Positions 47,201-60,500 of a DNA stretch of 64,000 nt are shown one piece after another. Each line of letters opens with the position of its first letter. Within the stretch, counting starts at the first letter, position 1. The DNA comes from Reclinomonas americana ATCC 50394 (taxonomy: Eukaryota): NCBI GenBank assembly GCA_048213135.1, contig PS015061.1:31172-95171 (forward strand), written 5' to 3'. The position numbers were made by a program, and so were the translations under genes. The notes below the pieces were generated by a model. It saw nothing but the letters and a program-made list of their open reading frames with translations, searched no databases and had not been told where the DNA came from.

Positions 47201-50200
47201 TCCTCCTCTTCCTTTCTTTTTCTTCTTGTTGTTGTCGTTCACGTGCTTGTTCTTTTTCTCGTTCTCCTCCTTGTGCTTCTTGTCCTCCTCCTCCCTCTCC
47301 TCCCTCTCCTCCTCCCCCTCTTCTCCTACTCCCTCTCCTCCTTCTCCTCCCTCTCCTCCTCCTTNNNNNNNNNNNNNNNNNNNNNNNNNNNNNNNNNNNN
47401 NNNNNNNNNNNNNNNNNNNNNNNNNNNNNNNNNNNNNNNNNNNNNNNNCCCTTCAAAGGAGGTCGAAGTGGTCGTGCCAATGAGCCGCATTCTCGACATT
47501 GTCGTCTGCGAGACCCCGAAAGGCGAAGAGTCACGCTTCAAACTCTTTCGTGCGCTGGCGGTGCGCGAGGGACGGCCACGATTCACCTCCTCGTATGCCT
47601 CGCCGGAGCAGTCAGAGGGCGAAGAGTCGTACGACACGGAGGTATTTGTAGTGTTTTTCCCCCAACATCTCTCTGCTGCTCACGATCACCACCCCGCCGC
47701 ACAGCACGTGTTCGCCAATGTGGTGTTGCACGAGGAGATGCAGTCGGTGCTCATGTCGGTGTGGCGTCGTGTGGGCTCGGAGACCGGCAAGTCGTCCGGC
47801 ATGACACCCGATCGCAAGAGGTACGACGATAGCCGCATTCTCCCTCCTTGCCCGCCCCTGACTGGCAGTGCGCAGGAATGCCGCCAGTCAATCGACGCAA
47901 CTGTACTTTGGAGCCTTCAAGAGGAACCAGCGCTCCAACTTCCAGTGGAGAATTCTGCACTTGGACCTGGAGGCGCACGGTGAGGAGGACCGACCAGTGC
48001 GCGCCATGACCACCATTAGNNNNNNNNNNNNNNNNNNNNTGCGAATGGCCGCGTTCGTCGCGAGATTCCGTACACGGCGTTCCGCGAGTGCAACCTCGGC
48101 AACGTCAATCCCACATCGTGTGTGCTGCACGTCGATCCCTCGGTCTACGACTATCCCATCGAGTTGTTCTTTGAGGGACCGAAGGAGTGCCAGCTGTTTG
48201 TGGCCGTCATTAACGGGCTGATTGTCGATCCGCACTTGTCGGTGGCCAGCTTTCTGTTGTCGCCACCACGCATCGCCTATCACGGTCGAGTGGACGTGCG
48301 CAGCGGTCTCGTGTGGCGCACGCGCTACGTCATGCTGTACCCGCACATGATTGTGCTGTTCGTGTCGGTCATTACGAGGTGCGCTGATGCCCAAATGATC
48401 TGGAGTGTTGCAGTTTTTCTCATTGACGCGACAGATTACCGGAGCGCATTCTCTACACTCGTCACTTGTCGGTGGCCGCAGAGGGCGAACGCGAGGTTCA
48501 TATCCATCAGCAGATGCAGAGTACGCTGGTCAAGTCGCGCTTCCGCTTCCCCTCGGCGATGCACCGCGACGCCTTTGTGCGTCTGCTGTGCGAGGCCATT
48601 TCCCACGATCAGGTGAAGTGCTTCTATTTCGTGACACTGGAGGTCTCTCCTCGTCTCTTGCTGACAGGGGGGTCACGCAGTTCTACGACGTGAAAAAGTC
48701 TGTCATTCGCGCCTGGTGCCCGACACTGGAAACCACCACCGCCGCCTCGTCTCCCACGACCACCAGCCGCTCATCGTCGCCACCGAGCTCCACCGACGAC
48801 GAAATGTCGCTGCCGTCGGAGACTGTCACCTCGTCGTCATTACCGCCGCCGCCACCACCGCCAGCACAGTCGGTGCGCGGCGCCATCATGGCACCGTCCA
48901 AGATCCCCGCCGGCTACGTGGAGCCGTCGGTGGTGGAGCAGACGAATCGAGCCACCGCGGCTGTGCGCGACATGGTGGCCGACTTGCAGTTGCTACGCCG
49001 CTCGCCCTCCGCGCACGTACCGTCGTCATCTTCGCCACCCGTTGGCGGCTCTCCTTCCCGGATAATGTCGTCGGCGCTGCGCCAGTCGCCGCCGTCCCCC
49101 GCCAGCGGGCTGTTGTCACCGACACTCACGGTCGGCTCGGCACTGCCGGCCATTGTGGTGCAAACAGCGTCGCCGCAGTTGGCACCCGTCTCTGCACCTC
49201 TGCCTGCATCGCCGATCCTCGCGCCCACACTGGACGACGAAATCGATGACAGCACGGCTGGCTCGTCGTATTTCGACACGGCCACGTATGGTACGTCAAC
49301 CTTCTCTTTGCCTGATTTCTTGCCTTCTGATCGCCCTCGTTGTGCAGATGAGGACTCGTCGCTGGCACTGCCGGCACCCGCCGAGATCCGCTCCATACTA
49401 TCGACCGGCTCACTGTCGTCGTCGTCGACCGACTTGGACAGTCAGTCGACGCCTGTCGCAGCGGCAGCTGCGGCGGGTAGAGAAAAGGTGCTCCCTCCCG
49501 AGGCGCCGGCCGTGACTGCCGCCGCCCCTCCCTCCACCACCACGACGACGACAACCACCACCACTGCCACTGCTTCGGCTGCCTCTCCATCAACAGAGCA
49601 CCACCGAACGGCGCTGGAGGAGGACGTGGCCAAGGAGCTGCGCTTTGTGGAACAACTCAAACAGCTGCTCGTCGGCTGTCGTTGCGTCCATTTTTTCGTC
49701 TTTCTTGACTCTGTACTTTGCCCTGGCGTGCCGACCACAATATCGCAGGTGTTTGCAAGTACTCACGCAAGGGACGAGCCGACGATGTTGCGTCGCCAGA
49801 CCCTGCGCGTTCTCCCACTCTGCCCGCTAACACCGCCTTTGCCTTCTCTTCATGCAGCGCTATCTCATCTTGTGCGACGACCGTCGTCGCCTGTACTGGC
49901 TCCACCGACGCAGCACGCAAAGCAAGCTGGCCACGCGCGACTGCGCCAGCACCTCGTACATTGACCTGACCGCGCCCGGCTGCCAAGTCCGCCTCGGCCG
50001 CGTCTCTCGCGCCTTCCAACGAGCCACCCACAGCAGCAGTCACCCACACGAACTCGACACTCGCTCGCTCACCGTCTCCCCCGGCAGTGTCTCCGTCAAC
50101 GGTCGCGAGAGCCTCGACTTGGAGTTCCCCTCGGCCGACGAATGCCGCTGCTGGTTCGACACACTCACCACGCTCATTCGACACCACCATCGCAGACAAC

Positions 50201-50229
50201 TCCCCGCCGCCGCCACCGCGCCACCCTAA
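44281..50229 (+). CDS. Multi-exon protein with GRAM-like and C-terminal PH-like domains and a possible EF-hand-like loop
   Basis: About 15 exons join in frame. ILDLHNTGHVDL; DEVYHGGYFCAL...PGHLHVFSSCIVF (GRAM-like); LLVGCRVCKYSRKG..RYLIL....LYW...RESLDLEFPSADECRCWFDTL (PH fold). Stop TAA 50229. Confidence 0.75.
45050..45530. repeat. Degenerate minisatellite (core GATTGTCGTGAGAGAAAGAGGGGATGAAGC) in an intron of the GRAM/PH gene
   Basis: About seven copies of ATTGTCG(T/C)GAGAGAAA with interspersed GAGAGCAG modules, plus a higher-order duplicate of about 120 bp. Confidence 0.8.
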
Positions 50230-50255
50230 TGAACAGCTTTTTTTACTCACTTATA

Positions 50256-50909
50256 TCACGCCTTGTTCACTTGCATGCCGAGTGCCACCAACTCGCTCTT
50301 CTCAAGGCACATGACAATCTGCTGCTCCTGCACACCGCGTCGCCTCAGCTCGTGCTTCAGCCCGGCAATCGACAAGGCCATAAGGTGTCGACGATCTTCT
50401 TCTTCCACTGGAGGAGGAGGCGGAGGAGGCGGAGGAGGAGGCACATCTTCCTCCTCTTCCTCCTCCTCGTCATGTTGTTGGCGAGGTGGAGGCAGATGCA
50501 TGGCCAGTCGCGATCGCATCACAGGCACTGCTGCTTCTTCCTGCTCGTCGTCTGCCTCTGCCTGTTGCACGCGAGGAGGAGGCAAGCTCATGGCCAGTCG
50601 AGGAGGAGGAGAAGTCTCGCGCGCTTTCTTTAACGGCGGCTCCTCCTCACTGCCCTCGCCCTCACGCTCACGTCGCTCAGTGGAAGTCGCTACTGTTGTT
50701 GCTGCTGCTGTCACAGGCAACTCGGGCTCACGCGGGTTGAGAAAGCGCCACGGATCCTGCAAGAACGACTCCTTAAAGTAGGCGAAACCGCCTCCGCCTG
50801 TGTTGCCTCCTCCTCCGTTGCCTCGGCCTCTGCCTCCTCCGCGTCCTCGGCCGCGATGAAAGCCGCCTCCTCTGCCTCTGTGGCCTCCTCTGTGCCCTCT
50901 CCACTCCAT
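50256..50909 (-). CDS. Intronless RGG-rich protein with an MPLKIP/TTDN1-like motif and a C-terminal SAP-like helix pair
   Basis: 217-aa ORF: RGG repeats, YFKESFLQDPWRFL (compare YFKPSMLEDPW of MPLKIP) and LSIAGLKHELRRRGV....LEKSELV. Confidence 0.7.
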   Translation of the reverse strand: MEWRGHRGGHRGRGGGFHRGRGRGGGRGRGNGGGGNTGGGGFAYFKESFLQDPWRFLNPREPELPVTAAATTVATSTERREREGEGSEEEPPLKKARETSPPPRLAMSLPPPRVQQAEADDEQEEAAVPVMRSRLAMHLPPPRQQHDEEEEEEEDVPPPPPPPPPPPVEEEDRRHLMALSIAGLKHELRRRGVQEQQIVMCLEKSELVALGMQVNKA

Positions 50910-51047
50910 TGACTAAGTCCTCTCTGTCCCGCACTGTGTTAAGTCACACTGACGGACTGAGAGAGGTGCGGTTAGTCATCACCTCCTCTGTCTATGCCTC
51001 CTTTGTTGCCTCTCACGCGCGTGCTTTCTCTCACGCAGTTGAGCTCG

Positions 51048-53567
51048 ATGGGTCATTTCCGAGTTGGGTGGTTGGCCACCTCGGCGACTGTGACTGTGCT
51101 TGTAATGGCACTCGCGCTCGGCTATCTCCGATCCTCCTCCTCGTCTTCCTCTGACTCGTCCGCGGAGGACCCGTGGAACGCGACGACAGATGCGGAGTGG
51201 CAACGACTTGTGCACCACGCGCACTTGCGCTCTTCTTCTCTCTCAGCTTCTGTGTCCTCTGCTCCTGAGAAGAGAGTGGCGCTCTTGTTGACGAATGACT
51301 TGCACTCGGCGGCCGCCGGCTGTTCTCGGCGACAGCTCGGTGGATACGCTCGATTGGCATCGAATATTCAGCGGGTGCGCGATGAGGCACAAGGAGTTGC
51401 GTTGTCATATTCTCTCCTCCTCTTTCCTCCTCTTTCCTCCCCTATTCCAACGCAAAGCACAGGTTCTTGTCATGGACGCGGGCGACTGGTGAGCGATACG
51501 CGAAAGATGCTCTGATTTTTTTTGACAGGTGGATCCCTGATTGATTGGCTGTGATGATACCATGTACAACAGGTTCAGCGGGAGTCTGTTTGATATGTTG
51601 GGCCCGTCGAACCGCACGGATCGCGTGCCTGAGTTTGAGTTCTTCTCGTACGCCAAGTACGATGCGGTGGCGATTGGCAATCACGAGTTTGATCAGAGTT
51701 GCGACGGAATCACCACTTGCTTTGTGTGTTTCGTTTTTTTTTTGACGACGTGTCGGTGTAGAACCCGAGGGTCTGCGAATGATGTTGCGCAAGGCGCGTG
51801 CTGCCGGGTTGCAGGTGACTCTGGTGGCGGCCAACATGGTGTTTGGCGAGGCGTATGCCGATTTCAAGGCCGAGTTTTGGCGTGAGGCGCACGATCCGCC
51901 AGAAAACGTCTCCATCCGCCCGTACATTATCAAGGAGATGGCCAATGGCATGCGTGCGGGCGTTATTGGACTCACGGGACCCGACGCGCTGTTGCTGTCA
52001 ATCGGTTCGCGCGATGGCCTCGAGTTTATCGGGTTCGACGATCAGTCGGGCAAAAAGGTAAGACACCGCTCCGCCCGCCTAAGAATGCGTGACCTCTCAT
52101 TGTGATGCCGCAGCGCATGGAACCGGTGATCACGCTAATGAATCAACTCGCGCACAAGCTGCGCCACGAAGACCACTGCGATCTGGTGGTGGTGGTGCTG
52201 CACGGTGGACAGCCGGAAGATTCGGAACTTGCGCAGCGTCTGACCGGCGTCGACTTTATCATGGCGAGTCACACGCATCACGTGTACGTCAGGAAGGAGG
52301 AGCAGAGCACCACCTGGCTGATGCAGTGCCACTCGGAGGTGCGCAGCGCCGCCTGCACTTCACGCTTGCTTCTTGATCTTAATTCACGATTTGCAGGGAC
52401 ACTTCCTCGGCATTCTCGAGACCGGCCGCGAGAGCAATGGTGAGCTCCCTCCGTCGCTGTCTATCTTTATTTACTGCGTGCTTATTGTGTGTCTTCACAG
52501 GCCTGTGGCGCCCGCTGGATGGCGGTTTCCACCCGTGCCGCCCGCAACTGCAGGTCGACAAGGACAACACTGTGGCACGCATGGTGCACGAGTGGACCGA
52601 CGAGTTGCAGACGAAGCTCGACTTGCCGTTTGCGCCAGGCGAGATCTTGTACACGGGCGACAGTGGTTGCGTCGAGAGTTCCAGTGGGGGGAGGGAACAC
52701 AGCAAAATGTGTCTTCGCGTGTTGACGCAATCACTCTCCGCAGCCGCTCTCTTCCGGCCGAATCTCACGCACCCTGAGTACGCACGCATGGTGTTCTCGC
52801 TGGTGCATCACGAGCTCGATCGTGCACTTATCGCCGACGGCGAGGAACCGGTTGACGTGTACATTTCGGCTCCCGGCTGCGCCACTCCCGACATTGTGGT
52901 GCCGGACGCCGCCGGCCGCGTAGCGGTGCGCTTTGCCGACGCGTATCGCATTGTGTCGATTTCGAGCGGCTACCCTGTGTACGTCTTCTACCTCAAGAAG
53001 GTGCGATTGTCATGTATGTGTGTGTCGGATCGATCTGGGGAGACGAGTGCTGACCGGGGCAATGTGGTGCAGTACGCACTGCGCGCTCTCGTCGATCTGG
53101 TCGATTTGTTGCGGTACGCCATGCAAGCTCCGGACTATGCCGTCTCATTGTCGGACTCGGTGTCGTACGAGTCGAGGTGGTGGGGCATTCTCTTCATCAA
53201 CAGGATATACGGTGACGTGCGATTCCCTGTGCTCCCCATTTTATTTACTTGGTACTCAAAACATTGTACGCCAGACATGCGGATGCGCGGCAAGGACTAT
53301 AGCGAGTGGCCGGACCTCGTGCGTGTCGGTGTGACGCAGCCATTCGCCTCGCGCTTCTGGCTGGCCTCCAAGTGGACGATGGGCCTGTTTGATTTGCAGC
53401 CGCGCAACGCTGACGGCGAACCTCTGCGGCCCGAACAGACCTTCACCAAGTACACCGAGTACGAGCTGTTCGCCAACAGTCTGCGCCGATTGAGCGACCA
53501 CCTGCCCGTTCCCGTAGATGCTGTGACCGGGATCAGCGCCGACTTGATCGAGTCCAGTCACCGGTAA
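51048..53567 (+). CDS. 5'-nucleotidase/apyrase-family calcineurin-like metallophosphoesterase with an N-terminal signal/anchor
   Basis: Motifs TNDLHS, GGYARL, MDAGDW, GNHEFD, LHGG and SHTH in order across about 10 exons. Hydrophobic N-terminus; stop TAA 53567. Confidence 0.87.
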
Positions 53568-53684
53568 CACGCCACGCAAACACAGAAAAATACGTATCGT
53601 CATTCAACCCGGAACACCCAATTGTAAACATTATGCATTCTCGTTTTTTCATTTGGCACGTATTATATGCTCGTTCTGTTGATG

Positions 53685-56600
53685 TCACATGCTTTCGTCG
53701 CGCGCGCGCTTTCTGCGCTCTCGCCCAGGCTGCATTTCTAGCCACGACTCGGCACTGACGGCACCATAATTATAGAGTTGGTGTTGTTGTTGCTGCTGCT
53801 GCTGCTGGTGAGCTCGCACCAGTTCCTCGTGCTGCACGCGTTCGCGCGTCTTGGCCTCGCGCCACTCGAGGAATTCTAGGTAATCGGCGGCCGACATGAA
53901 TCGCGGCACCTCCACCAGCGCCCCAGTGGCCGCATTCAGCACCAACGCGGTACCGGCTTCGGTGAGAGCCGTGGCTCCACGCGGGGCCGGCACAAAGCCC
54001 GTGACGACGTCGCGCGCCACCATGCGCAGCGACGACTCCACGCGTTGCTGGTTCTGCTGCAGCAACTCGCCAACCGAAGGCATCGCTTGTGACTGCGTGG
54101 GTGTGATGGTGATGGGAAGCGGAGGAGGAGGAGGAGGCAGCACTCGAGGAGGCGAGGCAACCGTCTCCACTCGCTGCAGTGTTTGCGGGGGTGCCGCATG
54201 CGCTGACGGCGGCGATGGTATTACTGATGTTGACGATGACGCTGGTGGCGGCGGTGGCGGTGGTGGAGGTGGCGGTGGCGAGAGCGCAAGAGGTGCTTGT
54301 TGCTGTTGTGTGGAATCCAGCCCAAGAATGTGCGAACGCTCAACACTGCACACCTCGCACAGTTGCGCCAGCGACTGCAACTGGCCATCCGCTGCCTCCA
54401 TCTGCTCGTCGCTGGCACGCCGTACAGAGGGTGATCGACCCTGCTTCGGAGACTGCAAAATGGTGAGAGAAACGCACACCAAAAGTCAACCACACTTGGC
54501 GTACCAATGAGAGCGGCAAGGGCGGCAGTGCGACAGGCGGGAACAGCGACATTGCGCCGTTGCTGCCACTGCTGCTGTTGCTGGTCGCTGACGGACGACG
54601 CGCATTGTGCAGCGCAAATGTCGGTGGGGAGGCGCCGGAAAAATTGAGTGCCGCCAGCGGAGGCGGCGGCGCAAACGTCAACGAGGTCAGCTTCGAATCG
54701 AAACGACCCGTGTGCGGCTTGCGTGACACCGATGCCGACGGCACGGAAGAAGATGGTGCTGATAGTGAGGTGCCGCCTGTTGCCGATGCTGCTGCTGCTG
54801 CGGCTGCGGCCGCCGCTCGCATCAACAGTGAAGGGGTGCGTGCATCGCCGTCGTCGTCGCCATCATCGTCTTCATCATTATCAAAGTCCATTGCACCAGC
54901 CATGTCCACACCGCCACCATTCAACAGTCCACCGACGCGCGCCGTCGTCATTGTCGACGACGGTGGAAATCGGCAGTGCAAGCAGACAAACTGCACACAC
55001 GAGGTCAGCTGCGAAATCCTCCCGTTAAACAAAGAGCAGGGGACGCAACATCGGGCTTCTGAAACTCGGCGGCCGACAACCCCGTGCGACGCTCCCAACA
55101 CCTCCGGCACGTCACGCGACGACACAAGGGCTTGCCCGACACGGGCGTGATGATGCGAATATTGGAGCACCGACCAGGCTCGTCGCCGGCATTCTTCTTG
55201 CACGTCAGACACGTGCGATGATGCTTGAATCGTGTCGACTGCCCGTCGTCGGCGCCGTTTGCTGCGCGCGACAAGGGATCCGAACTGCGACTGCGCAGCG
55301 GCGATGCCAGAGGTGACACCGACGAGGAGGACGCATCAGCCGCCGCCGCCAGCATGGAGGCAGTTGTTGCAGTCGATCCTTTCCCTCCCGCTCCATTCAC
55401 AATCGACGACAGCGAGAATAGAGGACGTGTGGGCGGCGACAGCGGTGGCGGCAGTGGGTGAGCCGGTGGTGCGGGTGGTCGCGGTGATCCTCCCGAGGCC
55501 AGCGAAGGCGGCAACCATCGAGTGAGCGGCAGCGCCGGTTTCATCGGCACGTCGGTGATAACATCGACGTTCAATGGTCGTCGCGTCAGTGATGGCGACG
55601 GCGCTGGTGTAGCACCGCCACTATCGCCGGGCGAAAACACGGTGTGCGGACTGATGGCGCGCGTCATGGCCAGTGCCGGCGGCACAGAGACGGTGATCGC
55701 CGAGACGCCCGACATGGACGGCGAAGGCATATTCGACGCGTTGACCTTGGCAAACGAGGAGCCGACCTTTTGCTGCGCTGCCCACAGAGAGAATGCCGCG
55801 TCCGCCACTGTGCATGTGCGTGTGTGCGTGTGAGTGTGACATGACAGCAGCGCGTGAGAGAGAGAGAGGGAGTTACAAAACTGTCGTGCTTGTATCGCCG
55901 ACTGCATCGACACTTGCTTTCCAGTGCCTCGGGCACTGCGCAGCGAGTGAGTCACCTGAGTGATCAGCGAAGCGTGCGTGTGGACGACAAACGCAACAGA
56001 GTGATCGAATCGTGTCGGTGACGCGCGCATGCAGAAACTCCGGCAGTGGATTCACCGATGGTGGTTTCCGACGCGACGTGCGAAACGCCTCCGACACCAC
56101 CGCCACAGCACCGTCGGCCGAGACAATGCACAAAAAGAGAATGTTGCTGCGACGCGCATACCCGGTGCCGTGCCCGATGCGAATCACCAACGACACCGGC
56201 ATCCCCGCTCCTCCTCCTCCACTACCGCCACCACCACCAGCATTGCTGCCTGTAGCACCATTCGCACCATTGCTGACATCGTCGAGATTGGCAAAAATCA
56301 CCGGCACTGGCGACGTGTCGTACGAAGTGTAAAACGTGCGACCAATGTAACCTCGCGTATCGTACGGCGCCGTGGCCGACGACACCAGCACCGGGTTCCA
56401 CAGCTCCGGTGGTGCCGGCGACGGCACTGCTTTCCCCCCCGCACATCGTGAACACGCAGCACAAAAAAAAAAAGCGCGCCACTCGATATTCCTCACCTCC
56501 CGGTGGAAACGCCGCCTCAAACAGCAACACGCGACAGCCCGGCACACTGAAATCGGCCGCAGCCGACACCTCATCGGAGCCCGGTCGCACGAGAACACGC

Positions 56601-57004
56601 ACATTACGACCGGCATGAAACACCTGGTTGTTCTCCTCGGCCGCGAGCGACGACAGCGACAAGGCCGAAGAAGTTCGCGTCATTCCATTGACCGGCGACG
56701 CCGATGAGGGTGGCGACGAAGCAGAACTGGTCATACTCGACATATCATCGCCTTTGCTATCATACGGCGCCATCTCAATGTGCTGCGTCGTCAGTGTGAG
56801 ACAGATTGACCAAAATAGGGCAAATCGAGACAGACAAAGAAAAAAAGCATCTTCTCATGCCCAATGTAAGCTCCATCGAGACAGTGTCACAGTCGCACCT
56901 CGCTCTCTCTCTCTCTCTCCCAAAAGATACACACTCACCGGTCCTCCAGGTGCGGCCACCTCTGTGGCAAACTGTTTCGCCAGTCGCGCACTTGCATAGA
57001 CACG
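53685..57004 (-). CDS. Putative transcription regulator: beta-rich domain plus zf-4CXXC_R1 (CDCA7)-like zinc finger; 5' end uncertain
   Basis: Spliced frame includes LVIRIGHG...VVSEAFRTSRRKP, then TCLTCKK...RCSN...LCRRVTCRRCWERR...FVCLHCR (8 Cys), then low-complexity Pro/Gln regions. Stop TGA 53685. Confidence 0.6.
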
Positions 57005-57518
57005 CTGTATATACGGGAAGAAGAGGACGATAACGTGAGAAACAGACAAGATCCTCTTCTGTTGCTTGTCGTGCACGCGCGCAAGTGTGTGGGAGAGTGA
57101 GTGTGCGTGTGTGATGAGAATTTTCGGGAGTTGAGAATGCGAGAAGTGCAGCGAAAAAAAGTGGACGCGCGGCATGACCATCACTCACGCGCTCACACAC
57201 GCACACACTCTCTCACTGAAACACACACACAGTGCGCTCATGCAAGATGCTCTCTCTCTGTGTGCGCCGCATCTCACCATGGTGTGCGCACACGGTCGAT
57301 CAATCGAAGTGTGAGAAGTCAGTCTTCGTTCATCGCTCGGAGTTGGATGACCAACATTGCAAGACAGACACTCTCCTCTCTCTGTCGAGTCACTATGGTT
57401 CGCGGCTACATTCTTCTTCGTTTTTTTGCTTTCGTTTCATCCCCGCCCTTTCTCTCACTCTGATGTTGTTGTCGGAAAAAATGCACCAGTCACACAAGAC
57501 AAGAGGAAGAAGTCGAGC

Positions 57519-60500
57519 TCACTGAGCGGGGGCGGCAGGCGGTGTTGCTAGCACGCGCAGCACCCGGTCGTCAATGATCGAGGCCAGGTGCGCGAGGATG
57601 CGCGAACTCCGCACCACGTCCTCGGTCAGTGCCGCACGGAACGTGTGGAAGAACGACAAGTCGAGCTGCTCCAATCGCTCGCGCGTAATGGCGCAGTTCA
57701 CCAGCGTGGAGAACGCCAGCATCTTTTGCACCAGCGGCCACAACACAGGGCCCTCAATGTCCTCCATCGAGCTGCCGTCGCCCATCATGGTCTGCGATAC
57801 GTCAAAGTTGTCGTGCACGTCGGCCGTCACCGAATCCACCAATGCTCGTCGCTCGTCCTCCGTGCGCTGGCTGAGAATCTGCGCGCCACAACAAAACGTG
57901 AGCCATCATGGCCGCCACCACTTAACAACAGGGGGATGAACAAACGAACCAACGGCATCATGTGCTCCACAAAGCGGCTGACACGCCCTCGGAAAAAGTG
58001 GCTCACGTGGTCCTTGAACAGACGGTGCAGGTACTCGAGTGCCAAATTGCTCGACACAATCGGCTGCAGAGTGCGTTGATCGGACGCCAGCAGTGCTTCG
58101 CACAGCGAGTCGTGCGCCGCCTCTTGCACTTGCATGGCCTCCTCCAGAGCGTACCATACTGCAACGAACCGCATCGTAAGAGACCAGTCGAAACACAAAC
58201 AGAGAGAGAACACATAGAGAATCGTACGCACCCAGCTCCACGCCAGCTTGTACCGTCTGTGGTGAGGGCAGAGCATTGATGCCGACAGAGGCCACCCACT
58301 GCACGCCACACGCGAAAGAAAGCGTGAGCATATAGCTGCTGCACGAATGAGAAAAAAAACAAGGTCGTGAAGACGCAACGCAGTAATATGGCCTGAAGAA
58401 CTTGTCGTTGGCCATGTCACCCGACTCGACGTACGTGAGACCCGAGTGTGAGAAAATGTCGGACAACATCGACCGCTGACGCAGGGCACTCGGTCCGCCG
58501 AGATCCTTCAGACCTGTGCGCGCAAAGACGTCAGCACATTCGATAACACAAAGTGTGGTCATGATGATGTCTTGCACACGCAACTCGTTTGCTGGTAGAA
58601 ATCGTCGTCGTTCTCTGCATCCAGATCGGCAGGCGGACTGTCATGCAATGTTCGGTGTTCGTTCAACAGCGCCTCCAGCAGCTGATTCCTGCAACCGGCG
58701 TCCAGTGTGCTGAGCAGCTTGCTTAGCTCAATACATGACGAGCGGAGGTGCACAGGCACCGGCCGTGACATGATGGTGAGCAGCGCGAGTTGAATCGGCA
58801 GCTGCATGAATCGTAGCGTGAGAGCCGTGCAGAGAGACTCTCATCTCTTCTGGTGTGTGTGTATACCTTGCTGTCGCCCCACATGCGTGAGGCGTCAATC
58901 GCTGTTCGCTTCAGCATCTCATTTTCGTTCTCAGCGTACATGGCAATCCAGGTCGCCACACGCGTGAGCACGTCAATGGCCAACCCGAGTGGTGTGCAGT
59001 CCTCCTCCACCAACGTCTCCACGCGTTGCTCGATAATCTGATCATCATAGAGTGAGTGAGTGAGTGAGTGAGTGAGTGAATGCGGGATGCGATGACACAA
59101 GGCAGCTGGCTCGCAACGCAACTTGTGACACACTCTCGAATCCGCTGCAGTCCTTGAACATCAGCACGTCGTGGTCGTCGTGAATGCATGCTCTCAGCAG
59201 CTTCAGGCAATTGACCTGATGTCTGTAGAACTTCTCCGACTGCAGCACGGTGTTGATGTAGCGCGTGCGGAAGTTCGCGTTGAGACGGCACGCCACATTG
59301 ACCAGGTGCATCAGCGACGGCACAATCTCGTCGTACTCGTTGTTCTCGATGAGAATGTGCTTCGTGGCCCAGTCGAGATTCTGGTGCTCGGCCACGGCCA
59401 ACGCAAACTGCTCGTTGACGTGGCACGCACGGCACACCACCGCGTAAAAGTCCGGAATCACAGCCTGCAAACTCACCAGCATCAGCTTCCAATCTCTCAC
59501 CACACACACACACACCCCTTCCCGCACGCAACATTATTGTAGGTCACGTAGCGCTCCACCGGACGCAAGCTAATGTAGTGGTCCATCAGCAACACACTGC
59601 TGCGCTCCAACTCTGCCAGGGCCATCGAGGCCGGCGGGTAGTTCTCCGTCGCACGGGCCCAGAAGGCAATGGCGAAGCGCTTGTTCTCGTCACAGTCCTT
59701 GCGCAACTTGTCCATGGCCATCAGCAACTCGAAGAACGCACGGAAGTACTGCACAAAGAGCTCCTTCTCCGCGTCCGACGCCATGCAGAACCGCAACATC
59801 TTGAAGTACGGCACCAACCGCCACACGTGCGGCATGTACGCTGTGTCCTCCTGCTGTCCCTTGGCCGCCGGTTGCACGGGAATAATGTACTTGTGCGCGT
59901 GCGGCAGGTAACCCAACAGAAGCTGCGGAAAAAACAAGCGCGCGGTGAGCAACTCTCACATAGATTCCATGCCTGATCAACACACACGCACCTTGAACAC
60001 ATTGTGCATGATCCGCCGACCCTCGTCAGACAGATCTGCTGGTGGCTCCTCCGGGATCTCGTCGTCGGTGATGCTGGAGAGACCCGCAAGCGAGCCAGGC
60101 GGCAGCTGCGGTCCAATACCCACAAATGGCGCTGCAAGGTGGCACGCAAAGAGAGAGAGAGAGAAAGAGTCAGCGCGCGACCGGAGACAATCATCCGCAA
60201 TGAATCGTGGAGCAAAAAAATATCACACTCACCAGCCGTGTCCATCAGCGACATTTGAATGGCGGCCGCGGTGGCGGCCTGCGAGCCACCCGCGCCACCG
60301 GCGGGTTGCGTGCGACCGCCCGGAATCAGTGTGCGCAGCATCTTGGCAGCCTCCTCACGTACCAGATCGTACGAGTGCGACATCAACAGCGACTCCAGCC
60401 ACTCGGTCATGGTCCGGTACAGGTGCTCGCGCACCAGCTGGTTCTTCTCCGCCAGGCCGACAATGTTGCGCACAGAGTGGAGCGTGGCGTTCTTGAACTT

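Noticed and set aside
51481-51575. In-frame TGA directly after MDAGDW, suggesting stop-codon readthrough or a variant genetic code
   Set aside because: It is explained by a GT-AG intron (TG|GTGAGC...ACAG|G) that restores DAGDWFSGSLF. All genes here read with the standard code.
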